From the IMG/VR virus record IMGVR_UViG_2778261461_000004: a stretch of 11,925 bases of DNA; one strand, written 5' to 3'. Position 1 is the stretch's first letter. Each line of letters starts with the position of its first letter. This document shows positions 8,113 to 11,925 of this stretch, one piece after another. Source of the DNA: a virus. Its lineage: Duplodnaviria > Heunggongvirae > Uroviricota > Caudoviricetes. A program made the position numbers and the translations under genes. Under the pieces are notes generated by a model that saw only the letters and a list, made by a program, of their open reading frames with translations, made no database searches and was not told the DNA's origin.

Positions 8113-8443
8113 CTGACAACCGTGACGAGCATCTGAAACAGAGCTTTACATAATGGCATGGGGATAATTCAGAAGGACATCACAGCATGCCCACACAAAT
8201 TAGTGTGAGTGTCCTGTTTCTTACTACGCGCAGGACTGACGAGCATGAGGGGAAAATACGCGAACCGAAATGCCTTATCTTCAGAAATGCAGCCGGCATC
8301 CGAACTGGACGATATTGTAAATTCACCTAAATACGAGGCATTGCTGTAGTTGAATTGCAGTACTGTATTAGCCTTACAGTGACAGAATACGATATTGACT
8401 CTGTCACTTGTGAAATGGTCAGAATGGTTAGCAGTTATGGTGA

Positions 8444-8650
8444 TCAGTCAACCACCAGGGAATAATCCTTCGTATTCTTATCGTGCTTTACTAACGCGGC
8501 CTCAATTGCCCTGAATGCTTCCAGAGATACTTGATGTTCTATACATGCAATTACAACATCCGGGTAACCCATCGAAATGGTGCTATTAAGCATAGTTTTT
8601 ACACGAACCTGCTCCTGGGAGGGGGCATCAGTGTATTGATCTTTATGCAT
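8444..8650 (-). CDS. Hypothetical 68-aa prophage protein, possibly DUF3950 (YlcI/YnfO-like) family
   Basis: [71 protein letters not shown] with GGAG 7 nt upstream of the ATG. Family assignment is from recollection only and is uncertain. Confidence 0.55.
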   Translation of the reverse strand: MHKDQYTDAPSQEQVRVKTMLNSTISMGYPDVVIACIEHQVSLEAFRAIEAALVKHDKNTKDYSLVVD

Positions 8651-8857
8651 TTTGTCGCTCCATTCGTTTGCTCTTCACTTGCGGCCAAAAATATAACGTC
8701 AAATCACTCAGCATGAAAGAGTGAAAGTTTCAGCGCGTTTCCCTTACATAATCTGTCGTTTGTATTCTCTTCAGGCATACCGGAAAGACTAGGTATTGTC
8801 ACATAACCAATACCATCGACAATCGAGATTTATATCTATTCGGTAATGTTTAAATAT

Positions 8858-8880
8858 AAAAAAACCCCGTAAAAACGAGG
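8858..8880 (-). terminator. Rho-independent terminator downstream of gnsB
   Basis: On the minus strand: stem CCUCGU / ACGGGG (with one G-U pair), a short U-rich loop, then a run of 7 U. Located 65-90 nt downstream of the gnsB stop. Confidence 0.55.
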
Positions 8881-8945
8881 TTTATGGGTAATTTGTATTG
8901 TTGAATAGCATCTGATGAGAAATTGATGCTAATACTATAAACATG

Positions 8946-9119
8946 CTAGATTAAATCAATCTTGATATCATAGCTTTCAAGACCAGTCATTTTTTCCCGT
9001 GCAGTAAACTGGATACTGGTAACTTCTTTCCCGGTCTTTTTCTTAAGCTCAATGATTTTTTTTGTTATATATTCAGAAATATCTGCTTCTGTTTTTGTTT
9101 TTAACTCTTCAATGTTCAT
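8946..9119 (-). CDS. gnsB: Gns family protein (GnsA/GnsB)
   Basis: 57-aa translation MNIEELKTKTEADISEYITKKIIELKKKTGKEVTSIQFTAREKMTGLESYDIKIDLI matches the Gns family. AAGAGGAA lies upstream of the ATG at 9119 (alternative ATG at 9122). The track's longer 88-aa start at 9212 is not supported by an RBS. Confidence 0.8.
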   Translation of the reverse strand: MNIEELKTKTEADISEYITKKIIELKKKTGKEVTSIQFTAREKMTGLESYDIKIDLI

Positions 9120-9291
9120 CATTTCCTCTTTTAGTCTGTTATGACTGTCCTGGTACACAGTAGTGTCAATTATATGGAGCAAACGTATAAAAGATAAGAT
9201 GAAACATCGCAATAATCAACATACGACGGTCTAAATTTCACACAAACAGATAAAGATGATTATCATTTATTATCAATGCATTAGAATCAAA

Positions 9292-9522
9292 TCAATTCAA
9301 GAGTCTCATTGCTGCTTCCAGAATTTCTTCTGAAGTTACATGTCGATCCGCTGCTACATAAATGACTTTATGATCTCCGGTCAGAGATGGAAACCCTGCG
9401 GCCATTACAGTAAGGTGTGTTTTTTCGCCATTTGGATATTCACGCATGATGGTGTTAACTCCAGTCATCGCTGGCACTACCACTGCTGGTTCAGAGTTAA
9501 AAAAAACTATGATTTTTTTCAT
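9292..9522 (-). CDS. Hypothetical 76-aa protein (possibly YnfN-like, by position)
   Basis: ORF MKKIIVFFNSEPAVVVPAMTGVNTIMREYPNGEKTHLTVMAAGFPSLTGDHKVIYVAADRHVTSEEILEAAMRLLN from the ATG at 9522. The track's extension to 9564 starts at a TTG inside a terminator. Weak RBS. Lies between gnsB and cspI, as ynfN does in K-12 Qin by my recollection. Confidence 0.5.
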   Translation of the reverse strand: MKKIIVFFNSEPAVVVPAMTGVNTIMREYPNGEKTHLTVMAAGFPSLTGDHKVIYVAADRHVTSEEILEAAMRLLN

Positions 9523-9565
9523 GATGTTACCGTAGTATGTGAGTATCCATCGAATAGATACCAAG

Positions 9566-9587
9566 CAAAAAAGCTCCCGAAGGAGCC
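9566..9587 (-). terminator. Rho-independent terminator with UUCG tetraloop
   Basis: On the minus strand: GGCUCC-UUCG-GGAGCU followed by UUUUUU. The plus-strand A-run makes it potentially bidirectional. About 200 nt downstream of the cspI stop. Confidence 0.6.
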
Positions 9588-9793
9588 TTCATTTTCACTT
9601 TTTTAAATCCAACGACAGACGGCTGGCATTTAAGTATTGTGAAATATTATCAAATGTAATCATCATTGATTTACAAAAGATACATTTTGCCCCGAAAGGA
9701 TTCATGTCAGAAACATCAAAAGATGATGTTCTATACTGGGAACCATGACAACACGGGCATCTAAAGTGAATATGGTTTGTAATATTGTCTACC

Positions 9794-10006
9794 TCAAAGC
9801 GCCACTACATGAACAGCGGCAGGACCTTTAGGTCCGTTCTCAATACCAAATTCAACTTCCTGATTCTCAGTTAATGTTTTGAAATCGTTGCTCTGAATTG
9901 CTGAGAAATGGACAAACACATCTTTGCTGCCATCTTTCGGCGTGATGAAACCAAAACCTTTTTCAGGGTTAAACCATTTCACTAAACCAGTCATTTTGTT
10001 AGACAT
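9794..10006 (-). CDS. cspI: Cold shock protein, CspA family
   Basis: 70-aa [73 protein letters not shown] with RNP1-like KGFGFI and RNP2-like VFVHF motifs. AAGG RBS upstream. Followed upstream by a long untranslated region, as is typical of csp genes. Confidence 0.9.
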   Translation of the reverse strand: MSNKMTGLVKWFNPEKGFGFITPKDGSKDVFVHFSAIQSNDFKTLTENQEVEFGIENGPKGPAAVHVVAL

Positions 10007-10369
10007 AATTATTACCTTTTGAAGAAATTAGCCCTTGGGCAGAATGGTCCGAAAAAAAATATCAGAGAGAAAAACCAACAAGGAAATCTCAAGAGGTACA
10101 AATAATAAAATTATAACAATGACTGCTTCAGATAAATTTGTAACAAACCAGAACACCATTAACGCATGATTAACCACCCATAGCAAGGATTACTTTTGTA
10201 AAGAAAAACACAGCAATGAAAGAATAGCTTTATTTATTAATAATAACGTGTCATTCTGATTAAGACCTTTTATCTTACCCTTAAGATTTCAGGAATTTTG
10301 GCTCATGGAAGAGTCCTTTTTATTTAAATTTTACATTCCGCGATGTAAATGTTCCGATTTAATATTACC

Positions 10370-11393
<1,024 letters not shown>

Positions 11394-11397
<4 letters not shown>

Positions 11398-11705
11398 AGA
11401 TATTTATGATGAGGACGCTCGTGCTTATTGGCAGGATTTTCAATCTTAAAGGAGTACTGATGCTGCAGATAAGACTCAACTTTTTCTGACAATTTTTCTG
11501 CTACTTCCAGGAAGACTTGCCGGACGCTCATTCTGGCTGCTGCCTCATAAAACTCCAGCGCAGCTCCTTCAACACGGTCCATGGCGACATCCAGGCCAAA
11601 AATTTCACCGTCAAAGCGTTCTTTGTCCTGTAAGGCTACAGTTACCGTAACTTTATTCTCAAAATTACGGACTCCTTTCACAACCAGTTCATAGTCTTGA
11701 GTCAT
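11394..11705 (-). CDS. ydfR: Uncharacterised prophage protein between holin and endolysin (YdfR-like, DUF1327 by recollection)
   Basis: 103-aa ORF with strong RBS GAGGAGAG 7 nt upstream of the ATG. Sits between holin and endolysin genes, as ydfR does in K-12 Qin. Confidence 0.65.
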
Positions 11706-11709
11706 TGGA

Positions 11710-11925
11710 TTACTCTCCTCTCGCAGCCTTACGCCTGTCTTCTTTAATCTTGAAATAAAGATTTGTCAGATACGTCAGCATGCCAAATACCAGACTACCC
11801 AATACACCTATTGCCGCCCACTGTGAGGGCGTGACTTTATCGAGCAACTGTAAAAACCAGTAGCCAGCACTGCCTGCAGAGGTGCTGTAGGCGATGCCCG
11901 TTGTTAACTTATCCATGGATTTCAT
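11710..11925 (-). CDS. essQ: Class II holin, S21-type pinholin, with dual-start motif
   Basis: 71-aa [74 protein letters not shown] with two TM segments and a charged C-terminus. The Met1-Lys-Ser-Met4 start resembles the antiholin/holin dual start of phage 21 S. The ATG is the last three bases of the window, so upstream signals are not visible. Confidence 0.85.
   Translation of the reverse strand: MKSMDKLTTGIAYSTSAGSAGYWFLQLLDKVTPSQWAAIGVLGSLVFGMLTYLTNLYFKIKEDRRKAARGE

Noticed and set aside
7498-8119. Minus-strand ORFs 7498..7833, 7773..8009, 7934..8119
   Set aside because: The first is an alternative frame of terS. The others span the terS start and the cos region and lack RBSs. The cos interpretation explains the GC-rich segment better.
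8531-8716. Plus-strand 61-aa ORF
   Set aside because: Antisense to the better-supported 68-aa minus-strand gene, which has a proper RBS.
8946-9212. 88-aa version of the gnsB ORF starting at 9212
   Set aside because: The conserved Gns sequence starts at MNIEEL with an RBS; the upstream extension is unsupported.
9596-9705. 36-codon minus-strand ORF in the cspI downstream region
   Set aside because: No RBS and no hydrophobic or otherwise distinctive features; probably 3' UTR.
9340-9748. Plus-strand ORFs 9340..9606 and 9539..9748
   Set aside because: Antisense to the 76-aa gene or spanning the terminator; no RBS.

Overview
The window reads as the end of a decayed lambdoid (Qin-like) prophage of an Escherichia/Shigella-type genome, abutting a host transporter gene. 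Host DNA is 1..1284 (ydfJ, minus strand, 5'-truncated); prophage DNA runs from about 1285 to the window end. In order it carries: cold-shock gene ydfK, a Pin-family serine invertase, a 5'-truncated tail-fibre-assembly gene fused by a deletion to a 3'-truncated portal gene, a gpW-like gene, an apparently intact terminase large and small subunit pair, a lambda-like cos region, small accessory genes (a 68-aa protein, gnsB, a 76-aa protein, cspI), and a complete lysis cassette (Rz/Rz1 spanins, SAR endolysin, ydfR, S21-type pinholin). I see no CRISPR array, tRNA or rRNA. I do not find convincing evidence for a novel multi-gene system; the most interesting items are the portal::tfa deletion scar, the orphaned invertase, the retained cos plus terminase, an unannotated 37-codon hydrophobic ORF, and two uncharacterised small proteins. 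All family and gene-name assignments are from reading the translations and from recall, not from any database search.
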